Shown here: in pieces, positions 46,198 through 47,697 of the stretch
How positions within the stretch are numbered: the first letter of the stretch is position 1
How the letters are laid out: each line of letters opens with the position of its first letter
Assembly (NCBI GenBank): GCA_964255285.1
Contig: CAXUUL010000043.1
Location: 1-47,697 of the forward strand
DNA from: Ionaspis alba
Lineage: Eukaryota
DNA length: 47,697 nt
Reading direction: 5' to 3'
Notes under the pieces: generated by a model
What the model saw: only the letters and a program-made list of their open reading frames with translations
The model's database searches: none
Told to the model about the DNA's origin: nothing
Position numbers and translations under genes: made by a program

Positions 46198-47697
46198 TCA
46201 CTTCCTCCTCTCCCTAATCTTCTCCTCCAACTTCCTCAAGCTATTCTTCAACCCCCTCCTCTCTCCATTTTCCACCAACCACCTCTCCATCCCCTTCCTC
46301 ACCTCCCCAACCCTCTTCCTACACGGCAACCTCCTGTTCTCTTCCCCTTGCACCCAACACCCCGGATTCATCAGCAAATCAAATAAACCTCCCCAAACAT
46401 CCGTCGCCCAATACCTCTTCAAGCCCTCCCGTAACCTATACCTCTTCCCACCCACGCCCGCCTCTCCCTCCCCTTTCTCCACTACATCCTCAATATACCG
46501 TCCGTACAGCAAGACATGCACAATACCCGCAATGCCCCAATAATCGATCTGGTATGTCCAAGGGCGCAACTCGCGCATCTCAGGACAGTCTTGCTTGCCC
46601 GTCTTCCAGTCAGCGATGAACTGCACATCAGGCCTAAAAGCCCGCATATCAATGCCGCGACCAAAGTCGATGAGCGTCATGCCTCTGGATGCCCAGCCGT
46701 TGGCCCCAGAGGGGTCGTAGACGGGCGACCAGTCGGTATCGGTGGTGGCTGGTGCGGAAGAAGAGAGGCGAACGAGGCAATTATCGGCTTTGAGATCGCC
46801 GTGCAGTATACCCACCGAATGCAACGCATCGACAGTGCGAAGGAGCTCGACAGCGAAGAACATAACGACGACTTCGTCGAGGACTCCAGGTGCGGTGGGT
46901 GAATCGCGGGCGAGGTTTGCCAAATCCAAAAGCGTGCCTTGGTCGCGGTATTCTTCGACGAGGTAGCCCTCGTCAGCGAAGAGGTGGAGCGCGTTTGGGG
47001 TGGCGAGGGAGGAGGCGGCACGCGTTGAGGCGAGCCGGGTGTGGGCGAGAGTCATGATGTGGAATTCCCAGGGGGTGGGTGGATGCTCGGCTTTGAGGGC
47101 GTAGAGATTGGGGTGGGAGGAGGAATCTGGAGATGCTTGTTCGGCGAGGTAGACGGGGGCGAAGGCGCCTTTGCCGAGTTCGCGGCGAATGGTGTAGGAA
47201 GCGGGATTGTTGGGGAAGGATAGGGTTGGCGGGGAGGAGAGGTTGGTTGTTGTTTTGTCGGAGGCGTTTTTGGAGACTTTGGTGAGGGCTTTGACGAATT
47301 TGCGGAGCTCGGGGGCTTTGTTGCATGTTTCTGGTCTGTAGTCGTGGAAACCAGAGTAAGTCGATAAAGGAGGCTCGAGATTGACAAGAATGGTGGCTCG
47401 GATCGAGTCGTCGACCGGGTTGCATTGGGTGTCTTTTATTATGGGACCTTTTGCAGTCTGTGCAGAAGTTGTTTTCTTCACAACCTTCTTGGGACGCTCG
47501 ATCTTTGCTTCATTGACGATTTCTTGGAATGGACTGCTCAGAAGAGCATCATCTACCTCTGAGTTGACTGGTGTGTCACTGACTTTCTGTCGAGACGGTG
47601 TTTTGGAATTGAAGTAGTCCTTCGCCGTCTTAACGGTGGATAGTGTGATAGATGATTCAGTCTTCTCAACGATAGGTGTCATGAAAGGAAGCCGATT
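46198..47697 (-). CDS. BUB1: Spindle checkpoint kinase Bub1 (C-terminal part; gene starts beyond the window)
   Basis: Motifs PFMTPIVEKTE, QCNPVD..IR, RELGKGAFAPVY, ALKAE.PPTPWEF, VMFFAVELLRTV, LHGDLKADN, LIDFGRGIDM, PWTYQIDYWGIAG, KRYW, all characteristic of fungal Bub1. Confidence 0.95.
   Translation of the reverse strand, partial: NRLPFMTPIVEKTESSITLSTVKTAKDYFNSKTPSRQKVSDTPVNSEVDDALLSSPFQEIVNEAKIERPKKVVKKTTSAQTAKGPIIKDTQCNPVDDSIRATILVNLEPPLSTYSGFHDYRPETCNKAPELRKFVKALTKVSKNASDKTTTNLSSPPTLSFPNNPASYTIRRELGKGAFAPVYLAEQASPDSSSHPNLYALKAEHPPTPWEFHIMTLAHTRLASTRAASSLATPNALHLFADEGYLVEEYRDQGTLLDLANLARDSPTAPGVLDEVVVMFFAVELLRTVDALHSVGILHGDLKADNCLVRLSSSAPATTDTDWSPVYDPSGANGWASRGMTLIDFGRGIDMRAFRPDVQFIADWKTGKQDCPEMRELRPWTYQIDYWGIAGIVHVLLYGRYIEDVVEKGEGEAGVGGKRYRLREGLKRYWATDVWGGLFDLLMNPGCWVQGEENRRLPCRKRVGEVRKGMERWLVENGERRGLKNSLRKLEEKIRERRK

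Noticed and set aside
1..47697. Numerous antisense/overlapping ORFs in the track; searches for stop-readthrough (TGA-CTA) contexts, stwintrons, transposons and RIP-like AT-rich tracts
   Set aside because: The overlapping ORFs are shadows of real CDSs. None of the stop codons I inspected has a readthrough context, the longer introns I checked show no nested splice architecture, and I saw no transposase/RT motifs, terminal repeats or AT-rich blocks.

Overview
Gene-dense euchromatic window of a filamentous ascomycete. The short GT..AG introns with CTAAC/CTGAC branch points are seen directly; Eurotiomycetes-like is my inference from the protein sequences. It is a draft assembly with four 100-N gaps. 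About 18 protein genes can be built by hand-splicing: the 3' end of an unknown gene, a MICOS Mic26/27-like protein, REV1, nucleolar FKBP (FPR3/4), an NDR-family kinase (probably Puk1/Stk-21-like), a small WSC protein, an EF-hand MscS channel, a MARVEL protein with a Tyr/His repeat tail, MHF1/CENP-S, a Pga2-like protein, an S/P/R-rich protein with three Cys4 repeats, an Alr1-type CorA transporter, SLD5, Cdc25 phosphatase, POL5, a pyroglutamyl peptidase with a Pro-rich repeat insertion, an uncharacterised S/P-rich protein, and the 3' part of BUB1. I found no tRNA, rRNA, snRNA, transposon, CRISPR or secondary-metabolite cluster, and no unambiguous novel system. The best leads are regulatory or structural: a hydrophobic 108-codon ORF ending 5 nt before the kinase ATG; an AUG-depleted ~1.1-kb leader with three short uORFs, preceded by a motif-dense upstream region, on the uncharacterised gene at 43341; uORFs upstream of cdc25; three stop-free in-frame introns; and uncharacterised repeat domains. 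All motif-level regulatory claims are untested inferences.
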